DNA of 63,963 bases, the filler included, from Reclinomonas americana ATCC 50394 (Eukaryota): the NCBI GenBank assembly GCA_048213135.1. It is 5 parts of 4 records of this genome, joined end to end, with 100 filler letters (N's around TTAATTAATTAA, not from the genome) between each part and the next. Parts side by side here need not be neighbours in the genome. Positions count along the whole stretch, not along the records: positions 1 to 14,024 come from PS015141.1; positions 14,125 to 32,843 come from PS015142.1; 3 more parts are not named here. One strand, written 5' to 3'. Numbering within the stretch: the stretch's first letter is position 1; every line of letters starts with the position of its first letter. The notes beneath the pieces are model-generated. The model had not been told where the DNA came from, did no database searches, and was given only the letters and a program-made list of their open reading frames with translations. The translations under genes and the position numbers were made by a program. Below, piece by piece: positions 11,401 through 22,865 of this stretch.

Positions 11401-14017
11401 CCTCCTCGTCCGCCGCGGGTCCATCGGGTTCATCATCACACCCGCCGGCAATAAGGCAGTCCTCGGCTGCCTCACTTGCGCCTCCCGGCGACGGACGAAA
11501 TCGCCGCAACTCGGTGGATGAAGGCAGTGGTGCACCGCGTGTGCGCGCCCCTGCGTCGTCGGCCACCGCACCAATTGATGTGAGTATGTGGAGACCTGTG
11601 AATTCCACTTTCTGTCCATCTTGTCACTGAACGTGTGGCACATGTGGCAGCCAAAAATCGGGTTCTCCGAAGCGCTGCAGTTGCGCCGACCAGACGCGCA
11701 GTTCCAGGCAGAAATGTTACTGTTCGACGACGCCCGGCAACCGGCTCCTGCGGTGCAGCCGGCCGTGCATCAAGTGGACCGAGCGAGTATCGAATCTGTT
11801 GTTGGCGACGACGACTACATTGCGCGACTCGAGCAGGAAGTGCAAGGCCAAGCGCAAGAGGACTACGCACCAGAGGAATGGGAGCTCCATCCGTCGGCTG
11901 CCACTCCCACTGGAGGATGCACACCCGGTGGGCCCGACGCTGGTGTGTTTCCTTTCTCGACAATGCCACGTTTCAATTGCTATGCTAGGTTGGCTGACTC
12001 GCGCTCTCAAATGTGCAGACTTCGAGGTCATTGGTCGCTACGTCGAGCAAGCCGAAAAGCTGTTCCGTGTGTTCCGCGACCTGCAAAGTGACGCACAGGC
12101 ACGCAGAACAACAATCGACAATTTGGGTTCCAGCCTCGTGGCGAACAGGGTCTGTCGCTGCGCGCCGATTTTTTCCGTATTCATGTTGTAGCTGACGGCA
12201 CGCCTTTATATTTCCTTGCAATCCAGGATTGGCTCGAGTGCCTGAGGATCTTTTGTGACGGCCTCTCCGACTCGAACCGGTCGGAGAGTGCAGCCAAGGC
12301 GGAAATGATGGAATATTTGCAGCTCGCTGAGGACTGTGCGCGAGAAATCGAGGACAGTTTGGAACTGTGGCGACGCAGCAATCAGAGTGCCATGATGACT
12401 CACTCGGCCAGTGAGCTGGAGGAGTCTGTGATGCTGGACGTACGAAGTGGTCCGGCAGATCATCAAGTGCAGCTGTTCCGCGTGGACGGTGAAAGTGGCG
12501 TGTACGGCAGGAACGCTCCGTCTGTGGCGGCAGCAGCAGCAGAAGCAGCAGTGCAGCCGGTGCCAGCAGTCGACCCGCTGCAGCTGCCATTCGACAGCAG
12601 CCTCGGGCCCCCGTTCACCGCCGACACGCGCCTGCGAGTCTACGAAACGCGCTACCAACAGGACCTCTTTGCTTCCATGTCGCTGTGGCTCAGCCGGCGC
12701 GCAGATCCCGAGTGGGCACGGTAGAGTCCTCTGTGTCTTCGTCTTGGCGATGGCAAAGCCAACTTACTCGCGTTTTTTTGTTTGCACCACAGATTGTGTG
12801 TGCCTCCTTCACAGTCACCCGACGTCGACTTGTCGTTTGCCAGATACCTGCGGCGAATGATGAATGGTGGCAGACCTGCAATTGTGTACCCCGTTGTCGA
12901 CCCGCTTCCCCCTGTTCTGTTGCGTATAACTCGCTTTGTTCTCCGACCCTATTCGGTTCTCATGTTTCGACCACGTAGCCCTATTCCGCCGCTGCCAGTT
13001 GTTCAAGAAGGTATGTCAGCAGAATTTGCGTACTGTTCCAACCAGTTCCTCACTCTGCACAACTTGCGTGCGCAGTTCGTCAGCTGCGACTGGGCCAGGT
13101 CGGTGCCGCGCCTCGTGGCGTTTGTGGACACTGCATTATTGTGTTTCTGAGTGTGTCTATTTTTCCACCTTGCAGATCCGACCGTTCACGCACATTAGCA
13201 TCGACATTCCCGTCCCCGTTGCCGGCCGGGACGACGACCGTGCCAGCATCAAAATTCACATTGTCGTCGGCGATCCGCGCTGCGTGCAGTGCAACATTTT
13301 GTGCCTGCCCACGAATTCGGTGCGTCTCCCCGGCGCGCCACGTTCGCAGCACGGCGGCTGACGGACTTGTTTCGCTTTTTCTCTCCCCCTCCCCCTCCCC
13401 CCCTCTTCAGCCGTACTTGCTCGATCTGCAAAACAATGGACCGGAGAGCCTCGGCAATGTGATTGAGGTCGAGGTGCAAGCAGCCAACCAAATGGCGGTA
13501 GATCAAACTGGTAAGCATCTTTTTCTATTTTTTCTGCCCGTGTGCGTTGAAGCTCACCACGCGCGGCAATGCACAGCCGATGCGCCCATCAAGGCCGCTG
13601 TGAAATTGATTCCGCTCAACGGTGGCGTGTCGGCCATGACCCACGTGGAGATGTTGGCGTTGATGGGTCGTCGTCGGTTGCAGCCGGAGACCATGTCGGT
13701 GGATGTGATGCAAGTCCGCGAGTGCGTTCGGCGTTGTGTGCTGAAGCAATTTGATGCCAATTGTGCCGCACCGACATCACCAGTCGGCGTGGTGGCTTTT
13801 GGCGATTTTGCAAGCCGGTTTGTGTGTGTGGAGGCGTTGAAAGAAAGGGTGGTGGGGAGGAACAGCGCGGCATGTACCTGTTGTTTACATTCCCACTGAC
13901 ACAGGCACAAAGCGCCATCCCGCGTTCTCGCTGCCGGTGTGTTTTATGGCATCAAGCATGCGCTGCTGCGGTTGCGCGACGATGCCGCCGTGGGGTTCCG
14001 TAATCGTATGCCGTCGG
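8459..14017 (+). CDS. Large multi-exon protein: degenerate Hsp70/actin-fold-like N-terminus, Pro-Ala linkers, helical domains, macrodomain-like C-terminus (3' end in gap)
   Basis: Frame continuous across the GT-AG introns checked (10547-12790); VILDSSAFITLGF and DIRWVIGVP motifs; IKIHIVVGDPRCVQCNILCLPTNS motif. Confidence 0.55.
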
Positions 14018-14024
14018 TGAGTGT

Positions 14025-14123
14025 NNNNNNNNNNNNNNNNNNNNNNNNNNNNNNNNNNNNNNNNNNNNTTAATTAATTAANNNNNNNNNNNNNNNNNNNN
14101 NNNNNNNNNNNNNNNNNNNNNNN
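14025..14123. other. Scaffolding linker (N-TTAATTAATTAA-N); same at 32844-32943, 56599-56698 and 61832-61931
   Basis: Identical six-frame-stop 12-mer inside ~100-nt N runs. Confidence 0.95.
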
Positions 14124-14464
14124 NTGCTTTGCGCACTCTGTCTCTGCTTGCTGTGCTGCCACACTCCTGTGTGTGTGCATGTGCGTGCACGTCTCTATGT
14201 GAGGTGCACGTCTTGTGTAATTGTGTCGAGTGCAACGGCCTGCGTGCTTCCGATGGGCGCGTGCATGCACAGTTCAAACACATCATTCCTCTCTCCTGTC
14301 CCCCTGTTCCTGCTTCGCCACTCTATCCACTGCTTCTCCGCCCCCCGTCTCTCCACTGTGCAACGGCGTTGGGCAGTGTCGTCGCGCAATGTGCAGACGG
14401 AAGGGGCGCACGTGTTCGCTTTGGGCAAATTCATCCGAGGCTAATTTCTCTCTCTGTGCTGCAG

Positions 14465-15773
14465 GCGACGTTTTCGAGCAAGACGACCATCGCTTTCAAG
14501 GATTCCACCGCCGTCAACGAGAGCGAGCGCCACGTGACTGTGGACAGCATGGCCAGCGAGAAGGCCAGGTGAGAGAGAGAGAGAACAACAACGCCGGATC
14601 CTTTTCATCGCCTTCGCAGTTGTCTGACCACCCCATGCTGCAGGTTCACCAAGACCACGACCACCACCACCACCGTGGTTGGTGCCTCGTCATCGTCCGC
14701 ACCAGTGTCTGCAGCCGCTGGCTCGTCGTCGTCCTCCTCCTCCTCGACTGCCGCCGCCCCGGCGACGCAGACGTGGAAGCTGACCGATTTCGACATTGGC
14801 AAGCCGCTGGGTCGTGGCAAGTTCGGCAACGTGTACCTGGCGCGCGAGAAGCGCACCAAGTACATTGTCGCGCTGAAGGTGCTGTTCAAGAACCAGCTGA
14901 AGAAGGCCAATGTGGAGCACCAGCTGCGCCGCGAAATCGAGATCCAGGCCCATCTCCGCCACAAGAACATCCTGCGTCTGTACGGCTACTTCCACGACCA
15001 GAACCGCGTGTATCTAATTCTGGAGTACGCCGCCAAGGGCGAGTTGTACAAGGAGCTCCAGAAGCAAGGCCGCTTTGATGAGCAGCGTGCTGCCACGGTT
15101 TGTCACTATCTTACGCTTGTGTGCATTCAACGAGGAAGCTCACATGATGTGCGTGCGCAACAATCAACAGTACATTGCGCAACTGGCCGACGCCCTCATC
15201 TACTTGCACCAGAAGCACGTCATTCATCGCGACATCAAGCCCGAGAATCTGCTGCTCGACCACCGAGGCAACCTGAAGATTGCCGACTTTGGCTGGAGTG
15301 TGCACGCTCCCAACTCGCGACGCACCACCCTCTGCGGCACTCTCGATTACCTGCCGCCTGAGATGGTGGAGGGTGAGCCGCACGACGAGAATGTGGACAA
15401 CTGGAGTCTCGGCGTTCTCTGCTACGAGTTCCTTGTCGGCCAGCCACCATTCGAGGCTCAGGGCCACCAAGAGACATATCGCCGCATCGCCAAGGTCGAC
15501 TTGAGGTTCCCCGACTATGTGTCGGAGAGTGCACGCGACTTGATCACCAGGGTACGCCCGTGTTTTCGCCAATGTCGCGACTCTTCTTTTATCCCATTCG
15601 CTCACCCCTTGTGCACACACACACAGTTGCTGGTCAAGAACCCGAAGAAGCGCATGAACTTTGAGGACGTGCTGAAGCACCCGTGGATTGTCGAGAACTG
15701 CCCGAACGTGGCGAGCACCACTTCGTCGGTGACACTTGGCGGCTCCTCATCAGGCGCCTCGTCATCCACATAA
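14465..15773 (+). CDS. AURK: Aurora family Ser/Thr kinase (5' end incomplete)
   Basis: [58 protein letters not shown]; introns with donors at 15098 and 15552; TAA stop. Confidence 0.97.
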
Positions 15774-16079
15774 TCGTTTTTTCTGTTTCGCAGCGCATTT
15801 CTTCTTTCTCTCTCTTTTCTCGCACTCTATCTATCTTTCCGTTTTGTCATCCTCTGTGATCCGTGCCGCCACGTGCAAACGTGTGCATCTCGTGAGCGTG
15901 TGTGCCTCTGCGCACACTCACCACCATCTTCTCCTCCTTCCCCGTCATCACTACACACACTCTTTGCTGCTGCTGCTGCTGCTGCTGCTGTCCCACATAC
16001 GGTGCGCATCAGCCACCACCACCACCACGGATCGCGAATTCTACTGATTGTACCGGCTGTATAACTTGTATCTCTCTCT

Positions 16080-17152
16080 CTATTCGTCGTATTCATCATC
16101 GTCGCCACTGTGATAGTCCATGGTGTGCCAGTGTGGCACAAACTCCATGCGCGGTGCGGCTGGTTCGGGGAGCACGGCAGATGCTGCGTGGCGAACGTGA
16201 GCAGAACGTGAGCACCATTCGATCGGAGGAGAAACTCTCTGCTCAAGCAAGCGCACTCACCGCGCTTCCTTTCTTCGTCGTCATCATCATCATCAATGAC
16301 GGTATGCTGTCGACTCTTGAGAAAGTCCGCCAGCGGCGGTACACGTCTGTGGCGTCGCTGATGGGGACTGGATGAGTCATCAGAAAAAATGATGCTGCTT
16401 CTCCCATCGCTCACCAAGTACGTGGTAACGCTGCGAACCAGTTCCGCGCCCCACTTGCTCTCCCACACACGAGTGTCGGCATCACACAAGCGATCCAGTG
16501 TGCCGGGTCTGCACGTAAGTCCTCGATGCATTCCTGCTCAAGTACATGAACAAGCGCTGACTTGAACTGCTTGCAGCAATCTGCGCTACACACCTCGTGC
16601 TGTCAGCGATATCGCATGGTCAGGAAGCACGGTCCACAGGCCGAGTTTCTCGTACAGATACATCACAGCCTCCATGCCGCTGTAGGAGCCTAGCAGATGC
16701 TGAGCGTGTTGATCCGCCAGCTGCACACCAAGTCAGCGGGCGGAACAGGCACAGTCCCTTCCTTCCCTCCACGTAACTGCAAAGGCGATTACCGTGGACA
16801 TTGGGAGACGTGGATCAAAGCGCTTTGCAACTCTGTGCAAGCGATCAGCGCAAGCCATTGTTGACTGACACCAATGCATCATCATCATCATCATCATCAT
16901 CTCTCTCTCTCTCTCTCTCTCTCACCGACCGTGTGTGGCCTTGACGGCAGCAATCAGCAGTTCGTCCACCGTACCACTCATAAGCAGCGAATCCACGCTG
17001 GACCGGGAATGCACGATGTGAGACGACAACACACAAACACACACGACGATCCGTACAGACCTGCCCACTGGCTCTATCCTCGTCCGCTCGGCAGTGAGCA
17101 GCACCACCACGTCATCGTCATCCTCCTCATCTTCTTCGTCCACCGATGTCAT
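16080..17152 (-). CDS. Uncharacterised multi-exon protein
   Basis: ATG 17152 (MTSVDEEDEED); exons joinable by GT-AG introns to ...HSGDDDEYDE* at 16080. Confidence 0.45.
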
Positions 17153-17250
17153 CGAAGCTCTCACTCACGCATGACAGGCCGCTGCGGGTGCTGTTCCGTC
17201 AGCGGGACGCTCGGAGGACCAAGCGATTGACTGTGCATAGCAGCGAGCGC

Positions 17251-17854
17251 ATGTCCACACCACCCGCTGCTGCTGCTGCTCCCCCATCGGTATCACCACC
17301 TCCACCATTGGTGACCTCCACAGAAGCGCCACCACCCGACGAAGACAGGTGAGGATGCACTTGTCGAGCCACATGCATACCCACGCTCATCTCTCTCGTG
17401 ATATCCCCTCGTCAGTGCGCCGGCATCAGCACCTCCATTACGCAGGTGCAGTGTGAACAGAAGAAGGGGAGGGGGCGCAAGGAGGCCAACCATGCATTGA
17501 TTCGTGTCGCGCAGACCTGTCGGCGATGCTGCGGAGGGCGATACTCGCGAGCCGTACTACATCTTCCTGCAGAACACAACGCTGACACGAGCAGTGCAGC
17601 GGTACATTGCGGCGTTTGTGCAGCACGTGGCTGGTGTGTTGGAGCCGGAGCCGCCGGGAACGCCGTCGGAACGTCGCATTGTCAGCTTCCTGCCCGAGCG
17701 CAACGGTGTCTTGTTTCTGGGGTTTCGTCGCTCCACGGTGCGTGTCATTTACAAGTTCCTGACGCGCATGGACACGGAGAAGCGCAACTTGCACTTTGAG
17801 GTGAATCTGGTGCTGGTCGAGTCGCACCGGATGACAAGTCAGTTCTCCTTTTGA
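17251..17854 (+). CDS. Uncharacterised two-exon protein
   Basis: MSTPPAAA.. exon, GT..CAG intron, globular-looking exon PYYIFLQN...SQFSF*. Confidence 0.55.
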
Positions 17855-17881
17855 AGAAATAGTGAATGTTTGTTGCTCTGT

Positions 17882-19145
17882 TTATTGTGGTGAGTGGGGA
17901 TGCTGGTGATGGTGCGCTGCTGCTGCGTGCGACGGTCCCGGCATCGCCTGCGACGGCGCCTGGGCGAGATGCTGCTGCTGCTGCTGTTGCTGTTGTAGTT
18001 GCTGCACCTTGACGAGTGGGTTGGCGAACTTGATGGTGATCTTGTTGGGTCGCACGAGGCGATGGATCGACTCGAGCACCTGATCTTTGACCATTTGCTC
18101 CACGGCTTCGTTGTTGCGCATGCGTGCCGGATGCCCGACGATACTCTCAAACTTGTAGTCCAACTCGGGCTCTCGCAGCATCGACACATCGATGACCATG
18201 TGATGGCTGTGCGGTTCTCGCCGCACGTCGATGCACAACTGCGGAGGGATTGATTGAGAACAAGCCTGTACGCCTCGCGCACACACACACAGAATACCGC
18301 ACCCGTGCGCGCAGGATCACAGCCGACACAGTAATGTCGACGGGCAGACTCATCGAAAACCACGACAGCTCCGTGGCAAAGTTCATGGTGGCGTCGCCCT
18401 TGTACTCCACATCCACTTGAATCGACTGCCCCGGTAGCACACACCGTGTTAGCACCATGTACTCGACAATACACGACTGCAAAACGCACCAAGCGACTAT
18501 CGTCAGCCGCATTCGACACCTCCAAGTTGGAGAACACCGGCAACGCATGGCCGAGTGAGAAGTGTCGCAGCTCCAGTGGCGCCTGTCGACCCGCCAGACG
18601 AGTGAGAGCAGACACACACACATACAGCGGGCGGTACATGCACGCAACAATCGCATCCTGCAACTGGAGTCCATCGAGACGATCGCGCACATGCGACTCA
18701 ATCTGCGGTCGCACCTCATGCAGCACCTCATTGTAGATCTTGAAGAGCATCACATTCAACCAGTCACAGTCCTCCGGCTGCTTCTGCACCGGAACCTGTG
18801 CACGCACGCGCAAGTCAGAAAACGAAGAGAAGAACGCGTGGCATTCATTCCACTCCAGCGCGCAACAGCATGTCGAGTCGGATGATGCACGTGTCGTCCA
18901 GCCACAGCCGAAGCCGCCGCACCACTGCCACCACCAGCAATGTGCGACACTGATGATCCACTACTAGAGTCCTCAGCTGCTGCTGCTGCAGCAGCAGCGG
19001 CCTCTTGTAACTGTTGTCGGCGACGCATCATGCGTTCGGCCGTGCGCCGCGCCGGTGGCCCAAAGCGACAGAAGAGCGCCATTAACGCGCCCAACATGGT
19101 CAGCACGCCGCACAGAAAGCCCGTGACAAACCACAGCATCGACAT
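17882..19145 (-). CDS. N-anchored SMP (TULIP) lipid-transfer protein, Mmm1/PDZD8/TEX2-like
   Basis: TM segment WFVTGFLCGV; EDCDWLN motif; LRHFSLGHALPVF; VDVEYKG; EPELDYKFESIVG..RLVRPNKI. Confidence 0.8.
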
Positions 19146-19225
19146 GGTGTGTGTGCGCGCGCGTGAAGAAGGGAACAAGTCAATCAAGAGCGGGACCGTC
19201 GTCCTTTACGTTTGTTCCTCCTCGC

Positions 19226-21119
19226 ATGTCTCTCGCGCAGGCCGCCCGCTCTGGGCTCTGTGTGAGCACTGCAGGTGCGGCGCTGTGGCTCTTCTTGTCG
19301 CAGCGGCGAGCGCACAGTCGATACACGCTCTTTGCGGAGACGACGCCGAGTGCGTCGGTGGCCGAGCAGCACGTTCCGCGTCGCTTGCCACTGCCGCCCA
19401 ACGTGCACCTCCGTCGTGTGATTGTCATTATGCGGTCTGTGTGCTGTGCTTTGTCGCGAGAAAGCTGTGTTGTTTACAGATGGATGCATCTGCGGTGCAG
19501 GCATGGTGATCGTGCGCCTGTCAGTGAGTCGCTGGGTCGCGCGTATCGCGTGACAGAGGAGGAGCGAGCGTACTGGCTGCGGTCGCTGCCGTCGGCCGAT
19601 GACCGGCTGGCCTGGGACGACAACTGCCCGCCGGTGCAGCTGCGTGGTTTTCCCACCATGATGAGTGCCTCACATGTCTTCCCCGCTCACGTCGATCCAC
19701 GTGCGCGCGCGCAGAGACGAGAACCCGAACGAGAGCTACGCGGTGAACTTTAGCCGACGGCACCCGCTGGGAGAGCTGACCACACGCGGAGCGGCGCAGG
19801 CGCGTGGTGTGGGTCACGCACTGCGGGAGCTGTACGTCGAGTACTACGGACTGCTGCCGGCGAGTCTCACTGGCGAGTGTTGCTTGCGGCGTCGTCGTTT
19901 CCTGCGCTGTGCGTGTGCTGACGTGCGGTGGGGTGTCGTTGCAGACGAGAATCGGTCGGCGCTGTTTGTGAGGAGCACTGGCTTCTCGCGCACGGTGCAG
20001 ACGGCGCAGAATGTGGTGCTCGGGCTGTATCCGCCTCCCGCCACCAACTGGATCGATCGGGAGACGGCGGAGCCGGCGCAGCTGCACACCACGGTGCCGA
20101 TCAATGTGCGCTTGTGGGATCGCGAGACGCTCCTGTCCAACTCAGATCGCAAGTGTGCTCGTTTCGCCAGTCTGTTGCGCGCGCACACTCGTCGTGATCG
20201 CGTGCGTGAGGTCGGCGAGGCCGAGCGTGAATTGTCGCAACGTGTGCGGCAGGTGCGTGTACCTGCATGCCCTCCCTTTGCATCGCCGCTGTCTCACTTG
20301 CTGTTTAAATCGCCAAGGCCTACGACATTCCCGAGGGAGAGCACGTGTCGTGGACCGGCGTGCATGAGCTGTTGCGGTGTCGCTATGAGCACGGAATGCC
20401 GTTCCCGGCGCCACTGACTGCCGCCGACTTGGAGTTGGCGGCCGAGATCAACCGTGCGCGCTGGTGGACGTGGTACGCCGATCCGGAGCTCAGCCGTCTG
20501 GCCATGGGACGGTTGCGTGTGGTCAAACAAACGCGCAGAGGTGGTGAGTTGAGTTGTCGCTGACGTCCTTCTCTCTTCGGCAGCCTGGTGGACGACATTA
20601 TCCACATTGCCCGGGACCACGCGCGATCGGGGTAAGAGTCACTCGCGGCCACTTGTGTGTGCACATCAATTTTTCCTCACGTCTCCGTGTGACAGACCAC
20701 GATTGCTGCTCTTCACCGCGCACGACAGCACGATTTTGCCCCTCCTCGCTGCGCTGCAGCTGCACGTTCCGGCCAACGCGGCCGAGAAGAACAATCATGC
20801 CAATAACAACAACAACAACAATCTCGTTGACGGCGTGGAGACGGGTCCTGGACCGGAGGATGTGATGCACGTGTACACTGCCTCGCCGTGGCCGCCGTAC
20901 TGCTCGGCTTTGGTGTTCGAGGTGTACGAGGACACCTCCAATCCGGCTGCGCCAAGCACGCTGCTCCGCGTGGCACACGACGGGCGCGACCTGTGGGTTC
21001 CCGGCTCGTCGTCGCTGTTGTGCCCGCTGGAGGCTTTTGATCGCCGGATGCGACCACACATTCCGGTCGACTACCGCGCAGAATGCGCGAGCACTCATGC
21101 GCCCGCGTCGCGCACATGA
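19226..21119 (+). CDS. Histidine acid phosphatase (clade 2, ACP6-like)
   Basis: Spliced VIMRHGDR, GELT..G, RST..RT..TA, AHDSTI, WPPYCSAL.FE motifs. Confidence 0.9.
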
Positions 21120-21254
21120 GCCAACAATGGCCGGTGGAGCTGCAGTGACACGAAAACAATGGATGCTGAGGCTTCACACATCATCCTTCTATCGTCTCTT
21201 TACTGTCCAATCCCCCCCTGCCATGGTCATCGCCACCAACGCTGCGATGGGAGA

Positions 21255-22735
21255 TCACGACCTGGCAAGCGGATCTTCTCCGAGTTCCCACACGCACACC
21301 TTTTCGTCCCAGCCACACGTGGCCACCTGCAGATGCATTGAGCAACGACACAGATACCGATAGAAGAAAATAAGCACGCCCGCACCTGACCCTCCACGTA
21401 GAGGTTCCAGTCCAGGCCAACCACGAACTCGGTGTGATGCTCATGCTTGTGCAAGATGGGGTCACGCGCCTCCGTGTCCCACACAATCATCGTCATGTCG
21501 CTGTGACAACAGCGCGTGAGTACACACAGGCATGCATGCTTGTGAGAGCGAGCTGCATCCGCGGCGCAACTAGGAGCACGAAGCGAGAATGTTCTCCTCG
21601 TGTGGTGAGCACTTGATGCGACGCACCGCATACGTGTGGCCACGCAGCGTCGACAATTCTTGCTCGGGTGCGCGGAGGTCCTGCGAGGCATGTAGTGAGG
21701 TGACGCAGCAACACCACAGAAAACGAGCACCACGCACCCATATCCTAATCGTCTTGTCGACGGAGCCGGTCACGAGAATGTTGTCATTGTACTTGTTCCA
21801 GTCGCACGTGAGAATCTCGTAGTCGTGCGCCTTCAGGGTCTGCACCGAGTGCAACTCTGCGTACCCATGCGCAACAAACGTCAGGTGCTCGTGTGTGCGT
21901 CGCCACCTGCGCATCGCCGCACAACAACCAAACCATTCACGTCCCAGATCTTGACCGAGCAATCGCCCGAGGCCGACGCAAACACGTTGGCGTCGCTTGG
22001 CGACCAAATCGTCGAGTACACGCAGTACGTGTGCTCCTCGTACGCTCGCAAGCTCTTATCCTGCTCCAGCGACCACACTCGCACAGTCTCATCCCACGAA
22101 CCCGTCACAAACGTGTCCTTGCCTGCAAAACGGTGAGACGTGTGGCAAGGAACGCTCAAGCATACCCAAGCACGCAACCGACGAGGTTCCAGTCCACTGA
22201 ATACGCCTCGTTCTGGTGCTCTGCGTAGCTCTTGAGTGGGTTCTCCAGAGCCTCCAAGTCCCAGATCTGTGCACAACAAGCAGTCAATGCGCCTCCTCCG
22301 ATGTGTCGGAGGGAGTGAAAGCAGCGGTCTCACCTTGACACTTCCGTCGCCACTGACACTGACCAGGTGGTTCTCGTTCTCCTCGCTCCACGCACAGTCG
22401 TACAGGCCATCGTCTGACAGAGAGAAAGAGAGAGAGAGAGGGTCACACTCACTTGCTCATCCTCAACAGCATGCATCTTTCGCAACTCGAATCAAACGTG
22501 TGCACTGTCTCAATCACTCCCTCGTCGGTGTTCACGTCGAGCACATACTGCCGTCCGTTGCCCACAATGCCAAAGTGCTGCGCGGTCGACACGGCCAGAC
22601 GCGTCTCCTCAAAGGGCGAGAACTCGACCTGGTGATGAGCGTGTGTATGAGAGAGTGTTTGTGTGTTGTGTGAGCAGACGGTGCAACGGAGGCACACACC
22701 GAGTAGCCAGAGAACTCGGTGGTGAACACTGGCAT
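21255..22735 (-). CDS. PEX7: Peroxisomal PTS2 receptor (WD40)
   Basis: FSGYSVEFSPF..RLAV..AQHFGIVGNGR, DGLYDCAWSE, AHDYEILTCDWNKY, GHTYAVRRIKCSPH, HHTEFVVGLDW. Confidence 0.96.
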
Positions 22736-22865
22736 CTCTGCAGTGAGATCCGGATTGATGGTGGCGGACGCAGGACTTCGTTCTTCGTGCCGTCTTCATT
22801 CATATCAACAACATTCGTACAGGCATTCTTCTGGAGCGTATAGTACACACTTGCATCCACTCGGG

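Noticed and set aside
11586-11630. W..C..C zinc-finger-like peptide at the end of ORF 11016..11630
   Set aside because: Falls inside a GTGAGT..CAG intron.
14069-14080. TTAATTAATTAA palindrome recurring four times
   Set aside because: Always embedded in ~100-nt N runs; an assembly linker, not biology.
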